From Candidatus Saccharimonadota bacterium (GTDB taxonomy: Bacteria; Patescibacteriota; Saccharimonadia; Saccharimonadales; Saccharimonadaceae): a DNA stretch of 64,000 nucleotides. A model generated the notes under the pieces. The model was not told the origin of the DNA. It saw nothing but the letters and a program-made list of their open reading frames with translations, and did no database searches. Location of the stretch: the NCBI GenBank assembly GCA_017545525.1, contig JAFWMT010000003.1:60694-124693 (forward strand). The letters are read 5' to 3'. Position 1 is the first letter of the stretch; every line of letters starts with the position of its first letter. Made by a program: the position numbers and the translations under genes. Shown here piece by piece: positions 53,759 through 62,856 of this stretch.

Positions 53759-56700
53759 AAAAATGCCAAAGTTTTCAAAAATATTGTTTTTAGTCTTGAC
53801 GGTTCTTTCGTGTAGTAGCCTGACCTTAAATAATACGTGGGCAGTGCAGAATAATAGCGCAACATGGAATAATGTCTTTGATTGTGTAAAGGCGGCTTAT
53901 GAAAAAGAAGGGAAAAATGTTTCAGATTATGGTATAACGTCTAGCAATTATGGATCTAAAGCTGTAGCATCTGTCGTATCTGCTTGTAATGTATGCTTAA
54001 ATAACAATAAACATTTGGGCGCCTCTCAGTCGGCTGCGTGGTTTAATAAAAGTTCAAGCAATTCATATTTGAAAGATGCGATTTTCGATCAAGCAACGGA
54101 CGATTCGTTGGTCAAAGGGAAAGTTTATGGCGTAGATAGTTCTGACACCGTAGATATTTATTTGAGAGTGGCTGGGCTTTTGTGTGGGATAGAGGATGTT
54201 GGAAATCCAATTGCTAGACAATTTATAAATTTACAATATTCAGAAAATAATAGTAATGATAATAATGGAAGGGCGATTGCGGGAAGTTGCCCCGAAGGGA
54301 CTACGAGAAAAGCTCCAAGTGGATCAACTTTACCTAACTGTAATAATGATGGATATAATAAAGGTAGTTTTACTCCTAATGCCCCAGTCACTAATAATAC
54401 GTTAAGAGATACTTATTATCCTCCATATACGATACCGAATGATACGGGTAACCAGAATAGGAAAAGTTTAAGTTATTTAAATAGTGCCATTGCTTATAAT
54501 GATAGTAATGTTCTAAGAAGTGGTTCGATGGTTTCGTATGGTTGGTCATCAACTGGTGGTAATACTCAGAAAGTAGTGGTAAATATTAAAAAATTTAAAA
54601 ATGATAGTGCAGTAACAAAAACTCGACCAGATGGAAAACACTATGTAAATTATACTCAGATGGTTTATATTTTTGGGTGTGTCCCTAATGCTTACCCAGG
54701 GATGTCTTTGAATATAAGTGAAGGTATAAGTTGGTTTTATGGGTGTAGGACTCATAAGAGTAAATTATTTATGAGATTTTATGATCCGATATTAACGTTG
54801 AAAGCAGTGGATACTGAGGGTAATTCTTTATCAAGTGTAATAAAAGATAAAGTTGTATATGGAGATGAAGCTGAAATAAAAGAAGTTTCAATAACAAGAA
54901 GAACAAAAACAGGATATATTTTCAAGGGGTTTGCGACGTCTTTAGCTAATGCAAAAGATGGAAAATTTGTGACGGCTACGGATTCTAATAATAATACGAG
55001 ACATTATGTTTCTGGAACGAAAAGCGTAAAGGAGACATTTCACAATATAAAGTTATCAGAAAATAAGACTAGATATGCGGTTTATTTGAACGCCAATGAA
55101 ATTGAAAATATGTTGGTCGCTGATGCAGCGAAGGAAGATGGAACTATCCTGGAGGCAAATATTGATTCCGATTCCGCTGGCTATAACGAAAATGCGACAG
55201 TTGATAGAAGAGAATATAGTACTCCAACTGGATATACTTTTAGAGGTTGGCGAGAAAAAGCAAATACTGGCGATCTTACGACAGGAAATACCTATACTAC
55301 TAAATTAACGGGTTCTGATAAAAAGATTTTTGCAATATATTCTAGGAATTCTTTTAAAGGTGAGGCTAAGGCCACAAAAAACGGAACAACAACTAGCACT
55401 ACTACGGGGTTTGTAGACACGAGTAAAACAGCTTCTAATTTAGAAATCACTAGTTGTGATAGTTCAGGATGTAAAGTTGATTTTGAGCTTAATATACAAA
55501 GAGTTGGGGCTGGCGGATCGACGGATTATTATGTAGAAAAGAAAATTAATAATGGACAATGGTTAGATATTCCAACTGATGAAGGTGAGTTTAGTGGAAG
55601 CAGTAGTGGTGGGAATGTCTTTAAAATAACAAAAACATTGAGCCCTGGTCAGACAATGTGTTATAGGCTTACATTTAACCCACGCGGTGTGCATGAGAAT
55701 AACTATGAAGCAACCGTAGCGGTCTGCGCGGAAGCAGTGAAATCTTTTGAGGGTTTGGCTAGAGTGGCGGAGGGTACCGCGATGGTAGATGAGGCGACAA
55801 AGAATACTACTGGTTGGGTGAATGAAGATGCCACGGCACAACCTAATCCGTTGAGCGTAGGCTGTGGTAATGATGGATGTCAAGTTCGTTTTGTATTAAG
55901 TATAAAGAAGAAGGGCGCAGGTGGGACTACTGCTTATACGATACAAAAGAAAGTTGATAATGGCGATTGGGGCGATATACCGGTAGATGAAGGTGGTGCT
56001 ACTGGTAATAGCCCGGGCGTTGAGGATGGGTCGACTCACCATAATGTTTTCAAAATTACAAAAAAGTTAAATCCTGGGCAGCAAATGTGTTATAGATTGA
56101 CGTTTAAGCCTTACGGAGATAAAAGTAGTAGCACTACGGCGACTGTAACGACTTGTGCAAAGGCAGATTTATCTAAATTCCAGGGGATGTCTCGGGTTGG
56201 AAGTGGGTCTAGTTCCGGTTGGTACGAAAGTGGGTATGCTAGTAAGAGCGCTTCGGCGGCATATTATACAATAGATAATTGTGACGATGGATGTTCGGCA
56301 AAATTTGAACATTATTTAAAGAGGACAGAGGGAACAGGTTCGACACAGTATAGAATAAGAAGAATAATTAATAAGAGTGGTTCATATGCAGTAAATGAGA
56401 AAATAGAAGAATTTTCGGGCATTAGCAATGGTTCAGGGAAAAAAGTAAATACTTATACGAAGAATAATCTTTATCCGGGCGATAAAGTATGTGAATATTT
56501 ATATTTCCGGCCGAATAATTCGATGGATACTTCGACTAATCCGTGGGCGTATAGTGCGAGTTATGTATCGACGAAAGCTTGTGTTTTAGCGTTAGGAAAA
56601 TGGCAACCTGGTGGACCGGATGATCCTGGAAGTAGTGCGGTAGAAAATGCATCGTTCTTAAATATCAAAGTGAAGAATAAGACTTTGGGTGGAGATTATA

Positions 56701-58829
56701 AAAATGACTATGTTTATGGGAAACCTGGAGATGAAATAGTTTGGAGGGCGAAATACGAGCCTACTTTGCAGAGTCGCATTAATATGGTTCCGGAAAGAAT
56801 AGGTATAAATATGAGCAGTAGTAGCGATTGGCTTAGTAATAGTTTTGAAAATTCTGACAATAATTTAATATATGTATTGTTTAATCAAAATAAAGGTTCA
56901 AATTTAGGATATTGGAATAATGCATTTAGCGTAAAGCGTGGGTTTGCTAGTAATAGTTTAATAAATTATTGTCGCGACACTTCAGAATGTTTTGCTGCGG
57001 CAGAAAATATTACGCCAACTAATAAATATGAAGTTGGAAATTCTGAAAACAGGTGGGAATTAAATAGTTACAATGATTACAGAACTGGCGGTATTAGTAA
57101 TAGTGAAGTTGGAAGAAAATTGAGTGAAACAGCATTAACTAATGCTAGTGATTTGACAACATCAACACCTAGTCAAGTAATCTTTCGAGCCGTGACTGAT
57201 AGCGATGGGAAGATGTGGAATATCGGCAATGTGATTACAAGGACTATTACGGCTTCAGCGGAAGCAATGGTACCATATAATTTCGGTACTGGTGCAAGGG
57301 TGGTAGATGAACAGAAACCGATTTATGCAGGGGAGGAAAATGAGATAAAGATTGAAATTGACATAAAACCGAAGCACAATAATTTAACTATGAAAGATGG
57401 AGATGAAAATTATGCAACTAAGGCTAGTGAGAAATGGAAAGTTATCATATACAGTGGAGATGAATCAGGCGGTTGGGTGAGTGGCGAGGATCAAAGTGAT
57501 TTGTGTTCACATTATTATCCGGCTGATTGTAGTTATTCTAAGGAAGGAAGTGGAACGTTAAATAATTACTCGACCTTAAGCGACATGTTCAAAACAAGTG
57601 TTAATTCAAGAACATTAAGCTTTTATGCGCAAGATTTGGCGGCTGGTTCGAAGTTATGTTTTGCTGCGGCGGTATATCCGGCTAGTAGTGGAGCGGACGA
57701 TAATTTGTCTTCGACTGGTGATAAAAAATGGAGAGTTTCGGAGTCTAAATGCTATCCGATTGCTAAACGTCCAAGTCTTCAGGTTTGGGGTGGGAACATC
57801 TATTCGGCAGGCAATATCACGACCGGAGTAAGTAAAAAGAAGAATTTAGCCGGATCGGCTTCGGGTGATGGCTATTATATCTTTGGCTCGTGGGGAGAGC
57901 TAGGTGTTATCGCGTCTGGAACAATAAAAGGTATGGCTAGTGGAACCAGCACGGGATATGCCACAAATAATAACGGAACGTTAGCCCCGAGGTATACTTT
58001 TAAAAATGGTGGAAGTACGGCTAGTTACAATGGTAATGGTAATAATGGTTTGGGTGTTTCGCCTGGTGGAACTTCTGAGGGGACAATAAATTATTGTTTG
58101 AGGGGCATACTTAGCTTTGCTAATAATAGTTGTAATGGTAGCAGTGGGTTCACGGGGAAAATTACTGACGCGAATACCGTTAAAGGAAATGTAAGTGATG
58201 ATAAAAATAATATAATAAATAGTTTCGGTAGTAAGACGCGTTATGATGTTGTGGATGATACTATTAATTTGCCGAGAAACGTGGAAGAAAGAAACGAGGC
58301 GGAGGTTAATGGCGTCCACTACAGAAAAGGTGGCAATTTGATAATTTCTAGTAGTACGGTGGATGCTGGGACAACTTATGTGGCAGAAGCTAATAATATT
58401 ATGATTAGTGGCAACCTTATTTATGGTGGGCAATATCAAACATTAGAAGGTGTGCCTAAGATAATTATTTATGCGGAAAATAATATTTATATTAATTGCA
58501 ATGTAGAGAGGATAGATGCGTTATTAGTGGCAAAGACCGTGGTAACTTGTGGGAATGATTTCAATATGAGCCTTAGTGATTCAAATATTGTCAGTGGCAT
58601 AAATAATCTGGAGAATTCAGTACAATTGATGATGAATGGTGCGATTATTGCTAACAAACTAATTGCTAACCGTACTTACGGTGCAGCGACTGGGGCTAAT
58701 TCAATGATATCTGCTGAGATTATTAACTTTGACAATACACTTTATCTTTGGGGGAGCAGAAGATCTGAAGCGAATACGTCAGTTAAATTGACGGATGCTT
58801 ACACTCGCGAAATATCGCCGAGATCATAA
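53748..58829 (+). CDS. giant secreted protein B (~1693 aa)
   Basis: Start set at ATG 53748 (the track start 53733 is TTG). Signal peptide. Two GYxFxGW (Listeria-Bacteroides-type) repeats. Three tandem Cys-bracketed modules (55347-56592). C-terminal region conserved with protein A. Confidence 0.8.
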   Translation: MKNKKMPKFSKILFLVLTVLSCSSLTLNNTWAVQNNSATWNNVFDCVKAAYEKEGKNVSDYGITSSNYGSKAVASVVSACNVCLNNNKHLGASQSAAWFNKSSSNSYLKDAIFDQATDDSLVKGKVYGVDSSDTVDIYLRVAGLLCGIEDVGNPIARQFINLQYSENNSNDNNGRAIAGSCPEGTTRKAPSGSTLPNCNNDGYNKGSFTPNAPVTNNTLRDTYYPPYTIPNDTGNQNRKSLSYLNSAIAYNDSNVLRSGSMVSYGWSSTGGNTQKVVVNIKKFKNDSAVTKTRPDGKHYVNYTQMVYIFGCVPNAYPGMSLNISEGISWFYGCRTHKSKLFMRFYDPILTLKAVDTEGNSLSSVIKDKVVYGDEAEIKEVSITRRTKTGYIFKGFATSLANAKDGKFVTATDSNNNTRHYVSGTKSVKETFHNIKLSENKTRYAVYLNANEIENMLVADAAKEDGTILEANIDSDSAGYNENATVDRREYSTPTGYTFRGWREKANTGDLTTGNTYTTKLTGSDKKIFAIYSRNSFKGEAKATKNGTTTSTTTGFVDTSKTASNLEITSCDSSGCKVDFELNIQRVGAGGSTDYYVEKKINNGQWLDIPTDEGEFSGSSSGGNVFKITKTLSPGQTMCYRLTFNPRGVHENNYEATVAVCAEAVKSFEGLARVAEGTAMVDEATKNTTGWVNEDATAQPNPLSVGCGNDGCQVRFVLSIKKKGAGGTTAYTIQKKVDNGDWGDIPVDEGGATGNSPGVEDGSTHHNVFKITKKLNPGQQMCYRLTFKPYGDKSSSTTATVTTCAKADLSKFQGMSRVGSGSSSGWYESGYASKSASAAYYTIDNCDDGCSAKFEHYLKRTEGTGSTQYRIRRIINKSGSYAVNEKIEEFSGISNGSGKKVNTYTKNNLYPGDKVCEYLYFRPNNSMDTSTNPWAYSASYVSTKACVLALGKWQPGGPDDPGSSAVENASFLNIKVKNKTLGGDYKNDYVYGKPGDEIVWRAKYEPTLQSRINMVPERIGINMSSSSDWLSNSFENSDNNLIYVLFNQNKGSNLGYWNNAFSVKRGFASNSLINYCRDTSECFAAAENITPTNKYEVGNSENRWELNSYNDYRTGGISNSEVGRKLSETALTNASDLTTSTPSQVIFRAVTDSDGKMWNIGNVITRTITASAEAMVPYNFGTGARVVDEQKPIYAGEENEIKIEIDIKPKHNNLTMKDGDENYATKASEKWKVIIYSGDESGGWVSGEDQSDLCSHYYPADCSYSKEGSGTLNNYSTLSDMFKTSVNSRTLSFYAQDLAAGSKLCFAAAVYPASSGADDNLSSTGDKKWRVSESKCYPIAKRPSLQVWGGNIYSAGNITTGVSKKKNLAGSASGDGYYIFGSWGELGVIASGTIKGMASGTSTGYATNNNGTLAPRYTFKNGGSTASYNGNGNNGLGVSPGGTSEGTINYCLRGILSFANNSCNGSSGFTGKITDANTVKGNVSDDKNNIINSFGSKTRYDVVDDTINLPRNVEERNEAEVNGVHYRKGGNLIISSSTVDAGTTYVAEANNIMISGNLIYGGQYQTLEGVPKIIIYAENNIYINCNVERIDALLVAKTVVTCGNDFNMSLSDSNIVSGINNLENSVQLMMNGAIIANKLIANRTYGAATGANSMISAEIINFDNTLYLWGSRRSEANTSVKLTDAYTREISPRS

Positions 58830-58852
58830 GATTTTGATATATAATATTATAT

Positions 58853-60202
58853 ATGAAGGGAAAAAGCCAGTTTGTTTGTCAGCAGTGTGGGGCAACGTAT
58901 GCAAAGTGGGTGGGTCAATGTAGTAATTGTCAGGAATGGAATACGTTAGTTGAACAGGTGATTGAGGTTGCGGATGGAAAAAAGTCGGCGCTTTCAAAAG
59001 GACAAGTGTCGGGAAAAAAATTGGATTTTGTAAAGATATCGACAATTACGCCGTCGGATGCGAAAGCGAGACTTTTGACAGAATTTAAGGATTTAAATAC
59101 AGTGCTTGGGGGTGGAATTTTGATGGGCTCGGTGACGTTGCTCGCGGGTCAGCCTGGGATTGGGAAATCGACACTTTTGATGCAGATTTGCGCAGAGGTA
59201 GCGAAGATTCATAATGTATTATATGTTTCGGGCGAGGAGTCGGCGGGACAAGTGAAGTTACGAGCTTTGAGATTAGGAGCGGAGTCGGAACGACTAAGTT
59301 TTGCGGGTTCGACGTCGGCGAATGATATTGCGAAAACGATTGAAACAGGCGAATTTGATTTAGTGATTGTTGATTCGATTCAGACTTTAGTAATGAACGA
59401 AATTTCGTCGGCACCTGGTACGGTATCTCAGGTGACAAATTCTGGTAATTTGATTATCCGAGCGGCGAAAAAAACTGATACAGCGGTTGTAATTGTTGGA
59501 CATGTGACGAAGGAAGGGACTTTAGCTGGGCCAAAGGTACTAGAGCATTTAGTTGATGTAGTGTTGAATTTTGAGGGAGATAGATATGGCGGATTTAAAA
59601 CAGTAAGGGCGGTAAAGAATCGGTTTGGTTCGACGAATGAAGTGGCTATCTTCGAGATGGTCGCGTCGGGATTAAAGGAAGTTGAAAATCCGTCGGCGGC
59701 GTTACTGGCGGAGAGGACAAATACGGATGGCTCGATTATTCTTGCGACGCTCGAAGGGAATCGCCCGATTTTAGTTGAGATACAAGCGCTTGCGACTAAA
59801 ACAAATTTTGGGTATCCAAAAAGAACGGCGTCAGGGTTTGACTTAAACCGACTTAATTTATTAATCGCAGTTTTAGAAAGACGAACGAAATTAAAGTTGT
59901 CGGATAAGGATATTTTTATTAATGTAGTTGGGGGATTAAAATTGAGTGATTCAGCGGCGGATTTGGCGGTTTGCATGGCGATTGCGTCGGCGGTAGCTGG
60001 GCGAAAATTAGGAGAAGAATATGTCGTATTTGGGGAAGTTGGGCTTGGAGGGGAGATTCGGTCGGCTTTTCGGGCGGACCAAAGAATTGCGGAAGCAAAG
60101 AAGTTAGGATTTAAGCATGCAATTGCGCCGGCGACGATACATGATAAATTTGTGACGCCGGTGAAAGATTTAAGAGATACTTTGATAAGGTATGTAAAAT
60201 GA
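58853..60202 (+). CDS. radA: DNA repair protein RadA/Sms
   Basis: CxxC-x-CxxC zinc finger, GQPGIGKST Walker A, KNRFG, Lon-like C-domain. Confidence 0.93.
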   Translation: MKGKSQFVCQQCGATYAKWVGQCSNCQEWNTLVEQVIEVADGKKSALSKGQVSGKKLDFVKISTITPSDAKARLLTEFKDLNTVLGGGILMGSVTLLAGQPGIGKSTLLMQICAEVAKIHNVLYVSGEESAGQVKLRALRLGAESERLSFAGSTSANDIAKTIETGEFDLVIVDSIQTLVMNEISSAPGTVSQVTNSGNLIIRAAKKTDTAVVIVGHVTKEGTLAGPKVLEHLVDVVLNFEGDRYGGFKTVRAVKNRFGSTNEVAIFEMVASGLKEVENPSAALLAERTNTDGSIILATLEGNRPILVEIQALATKTNFGYPKRTASGFDLNRLNLLIAVLERRTKLKLSDKDIFINVVGGLKLSDSAADLAVCMAIASAVAGRKLGEEYVVFGEVGLGGEIRSAFRADQRIAEAKKLGFKHAIAPATIHDKFVTPVKDLRDTLIRYVK

Positions 60203-60726
60203 GAATTTTAGGAATTGATCCTGGAATCGGTATTTGTGGATTTGGTTTAATTGAGACGACTTCTCGAGCGGGAGCGAAAGTATTAGATTATGGAGCGGTG
60301 ACGACAAAAGTAGATGCGCCGATGGCGGAGAGATTATTGGAACTATACGAGTCGCTTACGGAGGTTTTTAAAGAAACAAAGCCAGAAGTGGTGGCAATTG
60401 AGAAATTGTTTTTTTCGAAAAATATTACAACGGGGATTGCAGTAGCAGAGGCGAGAGGAGTAATTTTATTGGTAGCGGAACAGTTTGGAGTAAAAATTCG
60501 GGAATATACGCCAAATGAAATTAAGAAATCTTTGACTGGTTATGGGTCAGCGACAAAAACGCAAATGGAAGAAATGGTGAGAGTGCACCTAGGACTAAAA
60601 GAAAAACCGAAACCAGATGACGCGGCGGATGCATTAGCGGCGGCGATTACGTGCGGATTATTGTACCGAGAAGATGATATAATAGAGACAGAAAAATTTT
60701 CAAATACACGCGGGAGGCGAAAATGA
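60199..60726 (+). CDS. ruvC: Holliday junction resolvase RuvC
   Basis: ILGIDPG... with a conserved acidic catalytic residues pattern. ATGA overlap with radA. Confidence 0.88.
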   Translation: MRILGIDPGIGICGFGLIETTSRAGAKVLDYGAVTTKVDAPMAERLLELYESLTEVFKETKPEVVAIEKLFFSKNITTGIAVAEARGVILLVAEQFGVKIREYTPNEIKKSLTGYGSATKTQMEEMVRVHLGLKEKPKPDDAADALAAAITCGLLYREDDIIETEKFSNTRGRRK

Positions 60727-61304
60727 TATCACATATTAAAGGCATTGTGGAAGAAAAGTTTGGTGCGAATGGAATAATTGTGGATGTTTCTGGTGTGGGT
60801 TATGAAATGATGGTGCCAGAGACGGATTTTGAGAATGTGAATTTGGGTGAGGAAAGAAAATTCTATACTTATCATCAAGTAAGAGAAAACACGGAAGAGT
60901 TGTATGGGTTTTCAAGTTTAGTAGCGAAGAAGATGTTTGAGCTGTTAATTTCAGTACAGGGGGTGGGGCCGAAGGCGGGGATTGCGATTATGTCGCTAGC
61001 TGAAGCGGAAGAAGTGCGAAATGCGATTGCGAATGGAGATGCGAGTTTTATTGCTAAGGCGTCGGGAGTTGGGAAAAAGTCGGCGGAAAGAGTAATCGTA
61101 GATTTACGCGATAAAGTTGGGATTCCTTCGCGATACGGAGCGACGGAAGTGAAAGTTAAGGGTGAGGTCAATGAAGAGCCGGATGAGGCGCTGGATGCTT
61201 TAATTGCGCTAGGATTTACATTAAAAGAAGCTACGGCGGCGTTAGAAAAGATAGATAAAAATTTATCGGTAGAAGAACGAATAAAATTAGCTTTAAAGGG
61301 TTAG
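60723..61304 (+). CDS. ruvA: Holliday junction helicase subunit RuvA
   Basis: MISHIKG...VDVSGVGYE, and the HhH region LISVQGVGPK.A..I. Confidence 0.88.
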   Translation: MISHIKGIVEEKFGANGIIVDVSGVGYEMMVPETDFENVNLGEERKFYTYHQVRENTEELYGFSSLVAKKMFELLISVQGVGPKAGIAIMSLAEAEEVRNAIANGDASFIAKASGVGKKSAERVIVDLRDKVGIPSRYGATEVKVKGEVNEEPDEALDALIALGFTLKEATAALEKIDKNLSVEERIKLALKG

Positions 61305-61306
61305 GC

Positions 61307-62278
61307 TTAGTTATCGAGAGGGAACCAGGTTATTTTTAAGGTTTCGGGTTTTTTTAAATTGCCGGAAATGGAAGCGACGGCGAGAAGAGGTTCGAATTTG
61401 TGGTATTTAGTATTTTGATATTTTAGGTAAGATTCGGCGGCGAATTGCATTTGGCGTTTTTTAGTCGGAGTAATAGCTTCAAGACCGGAGCCGTGAAGAT
61501 TGTTATGACGATATTTAACTTCAGTAAAATAGATTTGATGGTTTTTTGTCGAAATGATATCGATTTCATAGAAATAGGTTTTGTGATTTCTAGCGATAAT
61601 GATGTGGCTAGTATGTTCTAAATAATTGACAACTGCGGACTCGGCTTTTTGGCCGATGGTGGTGGTATTTTTCTTTAAAGTTGTGTTTGGGATGAACCCG
61701 GAAAGGGATTTACAAGGTTCGAAGGATTTGCGATGTTCTGGCGTAAGTCCATATTGATAAATGGCTTCGACATGAGCTTTGGTGCCATAACCGACGTGTT
61801 TTTCAAAGCCATAGTTTGGATAGGTACTAGCTAGCTCAACCATGTAATGGTCACGGGCGACTTTAGCAATAATAGAAGCAGCAGAGATTTCGCGAATTTT
61901 CGAATCAGCTTTGATGCAAGTAGAAACATATTTTTCTAAGGGAGTTTGACTTAGGAAATTAACTTTTCCGTCGATGATAATCTGAGAAAAAGGGACGTGA
62001 AGGCCTTGAGCCGCCTTCACGGCTTTCTTGGTTGCGAGCTTTAGGGCTCTAGAAATACCAATTTTATCTAACTCATCAGCAGAAACCCAACCGAGACCAG
62101 TAGCAGATTCTTTGAGAATTAACGTACTAAGTTCTTCGCGTTTTTTGGCGGTAAGTTTTTTTGAGTCATTTAAAGCGGAGAACCAGGGACGTTCATCTTC
62201 TGGTAAAATTACGGCACCAACGACAAGCGGACCCGCTAGGGGTCCGCGTCCAACTTCGTCAATGCCGAGAATTGACAT
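61307..62278 (-). CDS. rnhB: fusion of RNase HII with a YraN (UPF0102) endonuclease-like domain
   Basis: N-terminus: GIDEVGRGPLAGPLV..AV, DSKKL, ASIIAK. C-terminal ~110 aa: G.KAE..V..YL...H.I.ARN.K....EIDII......I.F.EVK.R. Confidence 0.8.
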   Translation of the reverse strand: MSILGIDEVGRGPLAGPLVVGAVILPEDERPWFSALNDSKKLTAKKREELSTLILKESATGLGWVSADELDKIGISRALKLATKKAVKAAQGLHVPFSQIIIDGKVNFLSQTPLEKYVSTCIKADSKIREISAASIIAKVARDHYMVELASTYPNYGFEKHVGYGTKAHVEAIYQYGLTPEHRKSFEPCKSLSGFIPNTTLKKNTTTIGQKAESAVVNYLEHTSHIIIARNHKTYFYEIDIISTKNHQIYFTEVKYRHNNLHGSGLEAITPTKKRQMQFAAESYLKYQNTKYHKFEPLLAVASISGNLKKPETLKITWFPLDN

Positions 62279-62755
62279 TTAAGCAGTCTTTTCCTCGTTT
62301 TCGGTTTTTTCAGGTTTTGCAGTTTCTTCGGTAGGTTCTTTAGCTTCTGTCGGTTCTTCGACTACTTCTTCAGGTACAGTGACATCGTTAACCGCTGCGC
62401 GGTCGAAATCTTTACCAGCAAGACGAGCGGATTTACCAGAACGTTGCCTTAAGTAGCTTAAATTATTGCGGCGGACCTTAGAGCGTTTGGTAACTTCAAT
62501 TTTCTCGACAAGCGGAGAATGAATGAGGTAGCTCTTTTCAACGCCAACACCGGAAGTGACTTTGCGTACAACGATGCGTGCGGTATGCGACTCTTTGCGG
62601 TCAATACGAATGACAACACCTTCAAAAGTCTGGAGGCGGAACTTCTCGCCTTCTTTAATTTTTTGGGTGACTTTTACGGTATCCCCAGATCTCACGTCTA
62701 CGACGGCTTTCTTTTTTTGGGCGTCACCAATCTGTTTTAATATTGAAAAACTCAT
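62279..62755 (-). CDS. rplS: ribosomal protein bL19 with acidic C-terminal extension
   Basis: RSGDTVKV..KI.EG...R.Q.FEGVVI...R...HT...VRK...G.GVE....HSP. Confidence 0.9.
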   Translation of the reverse strand: MSFSILKQIGDAQKKKAVVDVRSGDTVKVTQKIKEGEKFRLQTFEGVVIRIDRKESHTARIVVRKVTSGVGVEKSYLIHSPLVEKIEVTKRSKVRRNNLSYLRQRSGKSARLAGKDFDRAAVNDVTVPEEVVEEPTEAKEPTEETAKPEKTENEEKTA

Positions 62756-62856
62756 AACTTACCTTTATATTAGACAATTATCTGTTATTTTAGCATACAT
62801 TATGGAAAAATTCAAGTGTTTAAAAACAGTAAAAGTTATTTTATAATACTACTATA

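Noticed and set aside
48267-58829. Assigning the giant proteins to RHS/YD polymorphic toxins, autotransporters or RTX adhesins
   Set aside because: I see no YD repeats, no GGxGxD nonapeptides, no recognisable C-terminal beta-barrel or toxin/immunity pair and no LPXTG. The family remains unassigned rather than forced into a known class.
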